A DNA stretch of 32,000 bases from an uncultured Chloroflexia bacterium (GTDB taxonomy: Bacteria; Chloroflexota; Ktedonobacteria; Ktedonobacterales; JADMIN01). The stretch is taken from contig CAVRAI010000004.1 of the NCBI GenBank assembly GCA_963718915.1, positions 570,001-602,000 of the forward strand, written 5' to 3'. A model generated the notes under the pieces. The model saw nothing but the letters and a program-made list of their open reading frames with translations. It was not told the DNA's origin and did no database searches. Positions 1 through 8,610 of this stretch are shown here, piece after piece. Positions within the stretch are counted from its first letter, which is position 1. Each line of letters starts with the position of its first letter. The translations under genes were made by a program, and so were the position numbers.

Positions 1-319
1 TCGGAATATCGGGAAACCGGAGCGCTATCTCGTCAAGCGCCGCCCAGACATCTTCCCGTTCGCCATTGCCCTCGTCATAGGCGCCGGTACTGCGGCCCAC
101 GCCACGAAAATTGAAGCGTAGCGCGGGAATCCCCAGATCGCCGAGAGCCTGCGCCACGCGAAAGACCACTTTGTTGTGCATCGTGCCGCCATGAGCTGGG
201 TGCGGGTGGCAGACGACCGCCACCATTGCTGGCTGCGACGCTTCCTCATCAGGGAGACGTAGCAATCCCTCCAGCGCGCCATGCGACACGGGAATATCTA
301 CCAACAAGAGCCGCGCCAT
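1..319 (-). CDS. alpha/beta-fold hydrolase (COG2945-like), N-terminal part; the gene runs off the left edge
   Basis: Absent from the ORF track because there is no in-window stop. The minus strand from ATG at 319 stays open to position 2: MARLLLVDIPVSHGALEGLLRLPDEEASQPAMVAVVCHPHPAHGGTMHNKVVFRVAQALGDLGIPALRFNFRGVGRSTGAYDEGNGEREDVWAALDEI... The HPHPxxGGxMxNKVV and FNFRGVGxS patterns are typical of this hydrolase family. AGGAGA lies about 6 nt upstream of the ATG. Confidence 0.75.
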   Translation of the reverse strand, partial: MARLLLVDIPVSHGALEGLLRLPDEEASQPAMVAVVCHPHPAHGGTMHNKVVFRVAQALGDLGIPALRFNFRGVGRSTGAYDEGNGEREDVWAALDEIALRFPDIP

Positions 320-357
320 CTCGATTCTCCTGCTCGTGCTTGCCTGTTGCCGTCTAG

Positions 358-363
358 ATTGTA
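358..363 (-). promoter_or_regulatory. candidate -10 element (TACAAT on minus strand) for the hydrolase gene
   Basis: TACAAT lies about 40 nt upstream of the ATG at 319. There is no convincing -35 hexamer. Confidence 0.3.
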
Positions 364-418
364 GCGCCTTTATTGCCCGGCGTGGTATGGCGAGCAGTGG
401 GAAATGTATGGGCCGCTG

Positions 419-427
419 TGCTATACT
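419..427 (+). promoter_or_regulatory. candidate extended -10 element (TGcTATACT)
   Basis: Matches TGnTATAAT in 8 of 9 positions, with only a weak -35 (TGGGAA). If used, it gives cysS a leader of about 350 nt. Confidence 0.3.
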
Positions 428-781
428 ACGGCGTGAAATCATCATGAAAGCGCTGGCTTTGCCATTTCATTGGCGAGGCCCGCGCGTGAATTTGTCTGGA
501 GCGATTGGCAGCATGACGCCCGAATCCTATGCGCGTCGAACATCCTCATATGCTGGTCTACGGGAAGCCAGGAGGTTTCCCGGTGCATCGTGTCCTCTCC
601 GCTGCGAATATATGGCGCTCTGTATCTAGACCTGCTGGCTGAGAGACGCTACCCATGTGGCATTCCCCGGCAGGCAGTAAGAGCCACCAACTCTCGTGCG
701 GCGCCCACGTCAATGGCAAAGATGGAGCGCTCAACGCGATACGACGCAAGCAGGACAGGAAGCAGGAAGTGAGAATTCACG

Positions 782-2266
782 ATGCAAATCTTTAATACTG
801 AATCTGGACGTAAAGAACCGTTCGAGCCGCTGACATTGCCAGTGCGGATGTACGTCTGCGGTTTGACGCCCAAAAATGAGCCGCATCTTGGCCATGCGCG
901 TCTCTTCATCGTCAACGATATGGTGCGCCGTTACCTGGCGTATCGCGGCTATCCGGTGCGGTACATCCAGAACTTCACCGATATCGACGACAAGACTATC
1001 GACGCTGGATTGCGCGAGGGCATCTCGCCGTTCGTTGCCGCGCAGCGCTACATGGACGCCTACTTCGAGGATATGGACGCGCTCAACGTAGAGCGGGCCG
1101 ACGAGTTTACCTATGTCACTAGGTACATCCCACAGATCATCGAGATGGTGCAGGGGCTGATTGACCGCGGGCACGCCTATGAAATCGACGGTGACGTCTA
1201 CTTCTCGGTGCCAAGCTTCCCGCGCTACGGGCGACTCTCGGGGCGCAATGCCGAGGCGATGCTGGCGGGGGCGCGCATCGAGCCGGATGAGCGCAAGCAC
1301 GATCTGCGCGACTTCGCGCTCTGGAAAGCCGCCAAACCCGGCGAGCCGTGGTGGGAAAGCCCGTGGGGCAAGGGACGGCCCGGTTGGCACATCGAGTGCT
1401 CGACGATGGCGCGCGAGGCCCTCGGCGACCAGATAGACATACACGGCGGCGGTACCGACCTGATTTTCCCGCATCACGAGAACGAGATTGCCCAGAGTGA
1501 GAGCTTCACTGGCGTCGAGCCATTCGTGCGCTACTGGGTGCATACCGGCATGCTCACGATGCTCGGCGAGGAGGGCAAGGAAGAAAAGATTGCCCATTCG
1601 GGGCGTTTCGTCACCATCCGTTCGACACTGGCGGGGGGCGAGATCCCGCCGCCCGCGCTCCGGACGTATCTGCTCGGCGCGCACTACCACGCCAACCTGA
1701 TGTTCTCCGAGGAGCAGCTGCGCGGGACTATTGGCCGCTGGCGGCGCTGGGTCGAGGCGCGCAATACCGCCTTGCGGCTGAAGGCGTGGGCAGCGGAACA
1801 CCAGCCAGCTGGCGTGGCGCATGTTCCCGGGATGACCGAGAGCGGCCTGCTTGGAGCGGTTCAGGATGCCCATGACGAGTTTGTCGCCGCGATGGACGAC
1901 GATTTCAACACCTCGCTGGCGCTCAGCGTCATCGACGAGCTAGCGCACCGCACCAACGACTATGCCCACAGCCTCGGCGGCGAACAGGCGCCAGCGGGTT
2001 CGGTGGAAGCGCTCGGCGCGGCAGCCGCGATGCTTGAGGAACTGACCGGCGTGCTGGGTATCTTGCTTGAAGATGTATCGCCGGAAAAGACCCTTCACGA
2101 TGATGCGCGAGCTCAGATCGAGGCGCTGGTGGCGGAACGCACCGCCGCCCGCGCGCGTAAAGATTGGAGCGAGGCGGATCGTATTCGCCAGACTCTCGAG
2201 AATGACTGGAACGTCGTCGTGAAAGATACACCGCAGGGGCCAACATGGTCAGTGCGTGAGTCATAA
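782..2266 (+). CDS. cysS: cysteine--tRNA ligase (CysRS)
   Basis: 494-aa ORF with the class-I HIGH motif (HLGHAR). Zn/Cys-binding residues sit in the expected contexts (YVCGLTP, GWHIECS, HGGGTDLIFPHHENEIAQS). Anticodon-domain DDDFNT and the C-terminal DTPQGPTW are present. The KMSKS position reads KIAHS (see findings). Confidence 0.95.
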   Translation: MQIFNTESGRKEPFEPLTLPVRMYVCGLTPKNEPHLGHARLFIVNDMVRRYLAYRGYPVRYIQNFTDIDDKTIDAGLREGISPFVAAQRYMDAYFEDMDALNVERADEFTYVTRYIPQIIEMVQGLIDRGHAYEIDGDVYFSVPSFPRYGRLSGRNAEAMLAGARIEPDERKHDLRDFALWKAAKPGEPWWESPWGKGRPGWHIECSTMAREALGDQIDIHGGGTDLIFPHHENEIAQSESFTGVEPFVRYWVHTGMLTMLGEEGKEEKIAHSGRFVTIRSTLAGGEIPPPALRTYLLGAHYHANLMFSEEQLRGTIGRWRRWVEARNTALRLKAWAAEHQPAGVAHVPGMTESGLLGAVQDAHDEFVAAMDDDFNTSLALSVIDELAHRTNDYAHSLGGEQAPAGSVEALGAAAAMLEELTGVLGILLEDVSPEKTLHDDARAQIEALVAERTAARARKDWSEADRIRQTLENDWNVVVKDTPQGPTWSVRES

Positions 2267-2306
2267 TTTCAGAAGCGATGAAGCGCATAGAAAGTGAAGA
2301 GATGCT

Positions 2307-3092
2307 ATGGCGGATTATGTGTGGGGGCGCTATCCCGTGCTGGAGGCGCTCCGTTCGCGCCGCCGTGTGCATCGGGTGCTGATAGCCCAGGGGCCGCGCG
2401 ACCCGGCATTGACGCAGATTCAGGATCAGGCGCGTCGCGTTGGCGTCATCGTCGAGACGGTCTCGCGTCGGCGACTTGATGAGTTGAGCAAAAGTGCGAA
2501 CCATCAGGGTGTGCTGGCAATGACGGCCCCACGCGAGTATGCCGAACTTGACGACATCCTGGCGCGGGCGAAAGATCTTGGCGAGGAGCCCTTGGTCGTC
2601 GTGCTGGACGCCATTCAGGACGTGCAAAACCTCGGCTCGCTGATTCGTACCGCCGAAGCGGTTGGCGCGCATGGCGTGGTGATCCCTGAGCATCGCGCGG
2701 CGGGGCTGACGCCAGCGGTCGATAAGACGTCGGCGGGCGCGGTCGAGTTTCTGCCAGTGGCACGCGTCACCAATCTGACGCGAACACTGGACGATCTGAA
2801 GCGGCAGGGACTCTGGTGTATCGGGCTGGACGGCGACGCCGAAATCACCTATGACCAGGCGAATCTCAAAGGGCCTATCGCGCTAGTGGTTGGCAATGAG
2901 GGCAAAGGTATCAGCCGATTGGCTCGGCAGCACTGCGACCTGCTTATCAAACTGCCTATGCGCGGTCACATTGGTTCGTTGAATGCGGCGGTCGCTGGCT
3001 CAGTGGCGCTCTATGAGATCATGCGCCAGCGCGGCTGGCAAAAGCTCGGTGAGCCACAGAGCGCCACGTCGACGGCTGCGGAACCTGAGTGA
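2307..3092 (+). CDS. rlmB: 23S rRNA (guanosine-2'-O)-methyltransferase, RlmB/SpoU (TrmH) family
   Basis: 261-aa ORF. It has the N-terminal substrate-binding motif GRYPVLEALRS and SpoU motifs (LDAIQDVQNLGSLIRTAEA, VVGNEGKGIS, LNAAVAGSVALYE). It sits directly after cysS, as in Bacillus. Confidence 0.85.
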   Translation: MADYVWGRYPVLEALRSRRRVHRVLIAQGPRDPALTQIQDQARRVGVIVETVSRRRLDELSKSANHQGVLAMTAPREYAELDDILARAKDLGEEPLVVVLDAIQDVQNLGSLIRTAEAVGAHGVVIPEHRAAGLTPAVDKTSAGAVEFLPVARVTNLTRTLDDLKRQGLWCIGLDGDAEITYDQANLKGPIALVVGNEGKGISRLARQHCDLLIKLPMRGHIGSLNAAVAGSVALYEIMRQRGWQKLGEPQSATSTAAEPE

Positions 3093-3096
3093 TGCC

Positions 3097-3654
3097 ATGA
3101 TGCACGCGCTCACCATCCTGATAGACGGCTATAACGTCTCGCGCAATATGCCCGGGTCGCGGCTGGAGGATGGTGTCGCGCTGGCCACGGCCCGCGAGAA
3201 TCTGCTGGCAATGGTGCGCCAGCGATTTCGTGGCACACCGTACCACGTAGCGGTTATCTTCGACGGCAATGGCGAGCGCGAGGTGTGTGAGCCACTGAAA
3301 GGACTGCATGGCGGCAGATGCATCTTCACGCAACGCGGCATGTCGGCTGATACGGTGATCGTGCGGCTGGCTGAAGAGGCCAGCGACGAAGGACGCCAGG
3401 TGGTCGTCTGTACCAATGATCTCGAGGTGCGCCAGAATACCACCCTCCGTGGAGCAACACATGCCTCGGTCGCCGAAATGACCCAGACACTGAACGCGCC
3501 CGACAAGTACACCGCAAAGCGGCTGCGGCATGTCAGCCATATGCGCCGGGAATGGGAGGGCGACGAGGACGGCGAGCCGCGAACGCATCCGCGTAAGGGC
3601 AATCCCCGGCGTGCGCCGAAAAAGCAGCGGGGCCGGGGAGAGCGCTCGTGGTAA
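3097..3654 (+). CDS. yacP: YacP/Rae1-like NYN-domain ribonuclease
   Basis: ILIDGYNV..., VIFDG, and TNDLEVRQ match the YacP-like NYN family, followed by a basic C-terminal tail. Start set at the ATGATG at 3097, 4 nt after the rlmB stop. The track start at 2983 would overlap rlmB by 110 nt. Synteny is cysS-rlmB-yacP. Confidence 0.8.
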   Translation: MMHALTILIDGYNVSRNMPGSRLEDGVALATARENLLAMVRQRFRGTPYHVAVIFDGNGEREVCEPLKGLHGGRCIFTQRGMSADTVIVRLAEEASDEGRQVVVCTNDLEVRQNTTLRGATHASVAEMTQTLNAPDKYTAKRLRHVSHMRREWEGDEDGEPRTHPRKGNPRRAPKKQRGRGERSW

Positions 3655-3663
3655 CGTACACAA

Positions 3664-3942
3664 CTACTCGACGCCGATATCCCACGCCTGCTCCAGGTCT
3701 TCGCGCGAGTATGCCTTGAACGCCATCATCGTCTGCGTGTGGGTAATGCCGCTGATGGCGATCATGCGGCTGGTTACGACATCGGCCAGGTCTTCATACT
3801 TGGCCAGATGTAGCACCGCTACCAGGTCATACTCCCCGGTCACCGAATAGACCTCACTGACTCCTGGAATAGTCAGCAGTTGTTGCGCGGTGCTATTGAC
3901 CGCGCTCCGCTCGACATTCATCAGCACAAGCGCCGTAACCAT
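3664..3942 (-). CDS. Lrp/AsnC-family ligand-binding (RAM) domain protein, stand-alone
   Basis: 92-aa ORF. VTALVLMNV...IPGVSEVYSVTGEYDLVAVL... is typical of the AsnC_trans_reg fold without an HTH. AAGGAG lies 6 nt upstream of the ATG. Confidence 0.8.
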   Translation of the reverse strand: MVTALVLMNVERSAVNSTAQQLLTIPGVSEVYSVTGEYDLVAVLHLAKYEDLADVVTSRMIAISGITHTQTMMAFKAYSREDLEQAWDIGVE

Positions 3943-3974
3943 CGTGTACTCCTTGTGCGTTCCTGTTCACTACC

Positions 3975-5501
3975 TCAGACGGCCTGTGCGGCCTTCTCAC
4001 GTAACTCTCGTCGCAGCACCTTGCCCGAAATGTTCTTCGGCAGGGCATCGGTGAAGACGACCTTGCGCGGACACTTGAAGACCGCAAGCTGCTCGCGGCA
4101 GTAGTCAATGATCTCCTGTTCGGTCGCCGATTCCCCCTGCTTGAGGACAATAAACGCCATCACCGATTCGCCCTGATAGGGGTCGGGGTATTGCACGACT
4201 GCCGCATCCGCCACCGCAGGATGCTTGAAGAGTGTCTCCTCGACCTCACGTGGATAGACATTGAAGCCCGAGACATTGATCATATCTTTGACGCGATCCA
4301 CGATGGTGACATAGCCATCATCATCCATCGTGCCCAGGTCGCCAGTATGCAACCAGCCGCCGCGCAACGTCTCGGCGGTCGCCTGGGGCTGTTTCCAATA
4401 ACCCTTCATGACGTTTGGGCCGCGAATGATGATTTCTCCCAGCTCGCCGTGCGGCAGCTCGTTATCTGACGCATCGACGATCCTGATCTCGCAGCCGGGG
4501 ATTGCTGGCCCCACCGTTCCAGGCTTGATGACTGGCCCGGCGGCGTTTGTGGCGGCCACTGGCGAACACTCGGTCAGACCGTAGCCCTCGGTGATGGGCA
4601 CGCCTGCCAGGCCCTCGAAGAGCTGCATGATGCGCACGGGCAGCGCCGCGGCGCCGGATCCAATATAGCGAACGGTCGAGAAATCGTAGTCCTTGAGGGT
4701 AGGCACCTGCGCCCAGCCGACAAACATGGGCGGCGCCCCGTAGAGGACGGTGCAGTGATGCTTCTGAAGCTCATCCAGACTGCCAGTGAGATCGAACCGC
4801 TCGATCAATAAGATGCTTGCCCCCTCTTTGATGGACAGGTTCATGGCGACATTCATGGCGTAGATATGGAAGAGCGGCAGCGCCAGCCAGACGACATCGT
4901 CCGGCTGAGTCGCAATGCTCTGAATGGCGCTGCACTGTTCTAGGTTAGAGTAGAGGTTGCGATGGGTGAGCATCGCGCCCTTGGGATGACCAGTCGTGCC
5001 AGATGTGTAGCAGATAACGGCGACATCTTCATCCTGCACGGCGACCTGGGGCGCGGTAGTAGGCGCATTCCCGAAAGCGTCACGCCAGAGTGTTGCGCCG
5101 GGTATCGGTTCGGGCGCGGCGACGATCACATGGCGCAGTTCCGGCGCATTTTGCGCGGCTGCCAGAGCAACCGGCGCGAATGGCACGAACGTCAATATGG
5201 CTTTCGCGCCGCTGTCCTTGAGGATGTATTCAACCTCTCCCGCTTTATAAAGCACGTTCAACGGCACCACCGAAGCCCCTGCCTTCAGAATGCCGAAGTA
5301 GGCCTCCATAAAAATCGGCAGATTGTGAATGTAGAGCGCAACGCGGTCTCCCGGCTCGATGCCAAGTTGTATCAGGCCATTCGCCACCTGGTTGGCGCGC
5401 TCGTCGAACTCACGATACGACGTACGTTGATCGTGGAAGATAATCGCGGTCTTATCGGGATTCTTCGCGGCTGTCTGTGCAAGCATCTGGCCCAGGTCCA
5501 T
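3975..5501 (-). CDS. fadD: long-chain-fatty-acid--CoA ligase / AMP-dependent synthetase
   Basis: AMP-binding motifs YTSGTTGHPKGAMLTH, TEGYGLTE, GWLHTGDLG and the C-terminal LPKNISGKVLRREL are present. Start chosen at ATG 5501 (MDLGQML...), which has AGGAG 7 nt upstream, rather than the track start at 5540. Confidence 0.9.
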   Translation of the reverse strand: MDLGQMLAQTAAKNPDKTAIIFHDQRTSYREFDERANQVANGLIQLGIEPGDRVALYIHNLPIFMEAYFGILKAGASVVPLNVLYKAGEVEYILKDSGAKAILTFVPFAPVALAAAQNAPELRHVIVAAPEPIPGATLWRDAFGNAPTTAPQVAVQDEDVAVICYTSGTTGHPKGAMLTHRNLYSNLEQCSAIQSIATQPDDVVWLALPLFHIYAMNVAMNLSIKEGASILLIERFDLTGSLDELQKHHCTVLYGAPPMFVGWAQVPTLKDYDFSTVRYIGSGAAALPVRIMQLFEGLAGVPITEGYGLTECSPVAATNAAGPVIKPGTVGPAIPGCEIRIVDASDNELPHGELGEIIIRGPNVMKGYWKQPQATAETLRGGWLHTGDLGTMDDDGYVTIVDRVKDMINVSGFNVYPREVEETLFKHPAVADAAVVQYPDPYQGESVMAFIVLKQGESATEQEIIDYCREQLAVFKCPRKVVFTDALPKNISGKVLRRELREKAAQAV

Positions 5502-5605
5502 GGTGCGCTCCTGTCTTTGCTGAAGCTGAAAGAGAACCACAGTCGTCGGAACTTCAGGACGCTATTTCACGGATAGAATGACTCTGCTGATGGAAACGGG
5601 TTACG

Positions 5606-6379
5606 TTACATCGTTATCCCTGCCGGGCCGCCATTGACGTAGAGAATCTGGCCGTTGACGTAGCTGGCATCCTCAGATGCGAGGAATGCGATGACCGACG
5701 CAACCTCGCTGGGCTGGCCAATACGGCGGAGCGCGATGCGAGTCGTCGCGGCGGCCTGGGCCTGCTCCGGCGTCAATCCCAGGCGCTCGGCGGTGGCGCG
5801 AGTCATGTCGGTGTCGATGAAACCGGGCGCGACGGCGTTCGCGGTAATTCCAAATGGCCCAAGCTCAATGGCCAGGGTGCGCGTCAGTCCCTGGATACCT
5901 GCCTTTGCCGCCGAATAGTTCACCTGACCGCGATTGCCCAGCGCCGAGACGGATGAGAGGCTGATAATGCGGCCGTACTTCTGCTCGACCATTGGCTTCT
6001 GAGCGGCGCGCGCGCAGAGGAAGGCCCCGCGCAGGTGGACGCCAATCACCGCGTCCCAGTCCTCCTCAGCCATCTTGAAGAGCAGATTATCACGGGTGAT
6101 GCCAGCATTGTTAACGAGGATATCCAGCCGACCGAAACGCTCCAGCGTGCGATCCACCATCTGCTGCACCTGAGCGCTCTCCGAGACGTTACATCCGATG
6201 GCCAGAACATGCTCGCCAAAAGGATCAATCTGCTGCGCGGTTGCCTGTGCCTGCGCCTCGTCAAGGTCGGCCAGCGCCACAGAAGCGCCATCGGCGGCGA
6301 GCCGAGTGGCTGTCGCTGCCCCAATGCCCCGCGCCGCGCCTGTTACGAGCGCCACTTGTCCGTCGAGTCTGCCTGCCAT
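5606..6379 (-). CDS. fabG: short-chain dehydrogenase/reductase, 3-oxoacyl-ACP reductase-like
   Basis: 257-aa ORF with TGAARGIG Rossmann motif, NNAG, catalytic S...YxxxK (YSAAKAG) and PGFIDTDM. GAGGAGG precedes the ATG. The fabG assignment is family-level only. Confidence 0.88.
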   Translation of the reverse strand: MAGRLDGQVALVTGAARGIGAATATRLAADGASVALADLDEAQAQATAQQIDPFGEHVLAIGCNVSESAQVQQMVDRTLERFGRLDILVNNAGITRDNLLFKMAEEDWDAVIGVHLRGAFLCARAAQKPMVEQKYGRIISLSSVSALGNRGQVNYSAAKAGIQGLTRTLAIELGPFGITANAVAPGFIDTDMTRATAERLGLTPEQAQAAATTRIALRRIGQPSEVASVIAFLASEDASYVNGQILYVNGGPAGITM

Positions 6380-6622
6380 AGTGCTGCCTCCTCATGCGGT
6401 GACGGCGCGAATTCTCGCGCCACGGTCGGTATGTGGGGAAATGATCGAAGCATCCAGCGTGCGTTATACGTTCAGCATAAAGAGATGTGCCAATGCCTGT
6501 CAAGCAACTCACGGCTGTCTCAGCAGAAAAATCGCGTCAGGCGCCATCCTGTGGCATCCCGGCGACACTCTGATGATAGCGATGAGGAGGCACAGACAAT
6601 CGGGCCAAATGAGGCGTTTCGC

Positions 6623-6652
6623 TTGCGACCTGGCAGGCGTGTCGTGTACTAT
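6623..6652 (+). promoter_or_regulatory. candidate sigma70-type promoter for dnaA (TTGCGA-18 nt-TACTAT)
   Basis: Hexamers found by eye. This would give a leader of about 135 nt to the GTG start at 6791. Confidence 0.35.
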
Positions 6653-6790
6653 TTCCTGCACTGCCAGGTGACTACTCGCCGGGTAGCTGCACGCTGTCCA
6701 CAGGCGGCGTCAGCGCCACCAGTCATGGCACTGTTTTCAGCTATAGACCCGTAATGCGACCTTCCGCGCGGGACGAGACAAGGATATCCG

Positions 6791-8545
6791 GTGAACACGG
6801 CACATGTGTGGCGCGCGGCGCTCGAGCGCCTGCGACGCGAACTTTCACGCGCACAGTACGACACCTGGCTGCGCGGCACGCAACTCGCCCTCACGGATGA
6901 CGGCGTCTGCATTTTGCGGGTGCGCACGACATTTGCCAAAGATATGCTCGAAACCCGTTATCGCGAACGCATCGGGGCGGCAATCGCCGAGGTGACTGGT
7001 GAGCCGTGCAGGCTTGAGATCGCGGTGGATGGTGAATATGCCGAGGACGATGCCCCGCGCCATAGCATGTCTCGTCGCACGCATTCTTCTGTGGAAGCGA
7101 GCCAGTATGATCGGCCACAACTGTTTACCGCGCAGGATGAATCGTTGCCAGCAGTCCCACGCAGTCTCGACAGCTCCTCGCCACGGCAGGCGCTGCCGCC
7201 CGCGATATCTTCTACCCGGAGCGAACGTATTCGTGCGGCGCTCGACCGCAACCGTGCCAGCAATAGCAACAGCCAGCGAAGTTCGAGCGGCGACCGCGAT
7301 CCCCATATTGTTGTCGGCAAGAGTCCGCGCGACGAACGCTGGATCGACGGCACCGCCGCCATTGATCCAGCGCAGGCAGCCAGCGCCCGAAAGGCGCCGG
7401 ACGGACAGTTCACGACAGCGCCGACCATGGCAGCCATTCCAGCCGGCGAGACGCAACGTCGCGCTACTCCCGATTCCCCAGCGGAGTTCGATTCCGTCAT
7501 AGCGGGAGGACAGAGCATGTTTATCCCACCACCACGTCTGAATGCCAGATACACCTTCGCGACATTCATTGTGGGCAGCGCCAATCAGCTTGCCCATGCG
7601 GCGTCGCTCGCCGTTGCCGAAGCGCCGGGTCAGGCGTACAATCCGCTCTTTCTCTACGGCGGAGTGGGTCTCGGCAAGACCCACCTGCTCCATGCGATTG
7701 GGCATGTCGCGGTTGAGCGGAATATGTCTGTTCTCTATGTGTCGTCGGAAACATTCACCAATGATATCGTGAATGCCATTCGCTACCGGACCACTGAGGA
7801 GTTCCGCGCGAAGTATCGGTCGGCGGATTTGTTGCTGGTGGATGACATCCAGTTCATCGCGGGCAAAGACTCAACCGAAGAGGAATTCTTTCATACGTTT
7901 AACAGCCTCTATGAAAGCAATCGGCAGATTGTCATCTGTAGCGACCGCCCGCCCAAGGCCATCGTCAGCCTGGAAGAGCGGCTGCGTTCGCGATTTGAAT
8001 GGGGGCTGATTGCCGACATCCAGCCGCCCGATCTGGAGACGCGCGTGGCGATTCTGAGCGCCAAGGCTGATATGATGCACCGCCTGGTACCCGACGACGT
8101 TATCCTGTTCCTGGCCACCCGCATCCACAGCAACATCCGCGAGCTGGAGGGCAGCCTGAATCGCCTTCTCGCCTTCTCGCAGCTTCAAGGCATGCCGCTG
8201 ACGATCGATACGGCGAAAGCGGCGCTCGCCAGCCTGGCCACCGACGGACGTCAGCGCCGGGTCAGCGTTGCCGACGTGCTGGAGGCTGTCGCGGAACATT
8301 ACCGCATTTCGGCCGATGACTTGCGCGGCAAACAGCGTGACAAGCACATCGTCGTCCCGCGCCAGGTCGCGATGTATCTGATGCGCCAGGAGACCGAGGC
8401 CTCGCTGATGGAGATTGGCCAGGCGCTTGGCGGGCGCGACCACAGCACGGTGCTACATGGCTGCGATAAAATCAACCGTGAGGTCAACGAAAACTCGGCG
8501 CTACGCAAGGAGGTGCTGGCGATTCGTCAGCAGCTTGCGGGCTAG
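6791..8545 (+). CDS. dnaA: chromosomal replication initiator protein DnaA (extended domain II)
   Basis: 584 aa with a GTG start. Domain I has W..AL..L......YDTWL. The AAA+ core has Walker A GGVGLGKTHL, Walker B LLLVDDIQF and sensor/Arg-finger regions. The domain IV DnaA signature is ...HSTVLHGCDKI. A low-complexity linker of about 170 aa separates domains I and III. Confidence 0.97.
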   Translation: MNTAHVWRAALERLRRELSRAQYDTWLRGTQLALTDDGVCILRVRTTFAKDMLETRYRERIGAAIAEVTGEPCRLEIAVDGEYAEDDAPRHSMSRRTHSSVEASQYDRPQLFTAQDESLPAVPRSLDSSSPRQALPPAISSTRSERIRAALDRNRASNSNSQRSSSGDRDPHIVVGKSPRDERWIDGTAAIDPAQAASARKAPDGQFTTAPTMAAIPAGETQRRATPDSPAEFDSVIAGGQSMFIPPPRLNARYTFATFIVGSANQLAHAASLAVAEAPGQAYNPLFLYGGVGLGKTHLLHAIGHVAVERNMSVLYVSSETFTNDIVNAIRYRTTEEFRAKYRSADLLLVDDIQFIAGKDSTEEEFFHTFNSLYESNRQIVICSDRPPKAIVSLEERLRSRFEWGLIADIQPPDLETRVAILSAKADMMHRLVPDDVILFLATRIHSNIRELEGSLNRLLAFSQLQGMPLTIDTAKAALASLATDGRQRRVSVADVLEAVAEHYRISADDLRGKQRDKHIVVPRQVAMYLMRQETEASLMEIGQALGGRDHSTVLHGCDKINREVNENSALRKEVLAIRQQLAG

Positions 8546-8610
8546 CGGCGCTGCGCCCGACGCCTGTGTTATGGTATGAATGTCGTGGCAAATCCTGGCC
8601 CTCCTCCGCC

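Noticed and set aside
320-781. T-box riboswitch upstream of cysS.
   Set aside because: I looked for the conserved T-box/antiterminator core (..GGGUGGUACCGCG..) and a specifier loop presenting UGC/UGU. The closest strings, CGTGGTATGGCG at about 381-392 and GGCGAGGCCCGCGCG at about 472-486, match poorly and sit in the wrong place relative to the start codon. No terminator or sequestrator pairs with them.
731-1873. Long antisense or out-of-frame ORFs opposite clearly homologous genes. Examples are 731..1873(-), 6845..7705(-), 10535..11566(-), 13725..14603(+), 19817..21079(-), 21245..22267(-), 26534..27616(-) and 26680..27579(-).
   Set aside because: Each lies entirely within or opposite a gene with unmistakable family motifs. 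Their translations are Arg/Ala/Pro/Gly/His-rich with no recognisable domains, which is the normal shadow-ORF artefact of high-GC DNA.
6432-6702. Calling the dnaA upstream spacer an oriC feature.
   Set aside because: There are only two 7-of-9 DnaA-box matches, no A/T-rich unwinding element and no repeated 13-mers. That is not enough to annotate an origin, so it is reported as an open question instead.
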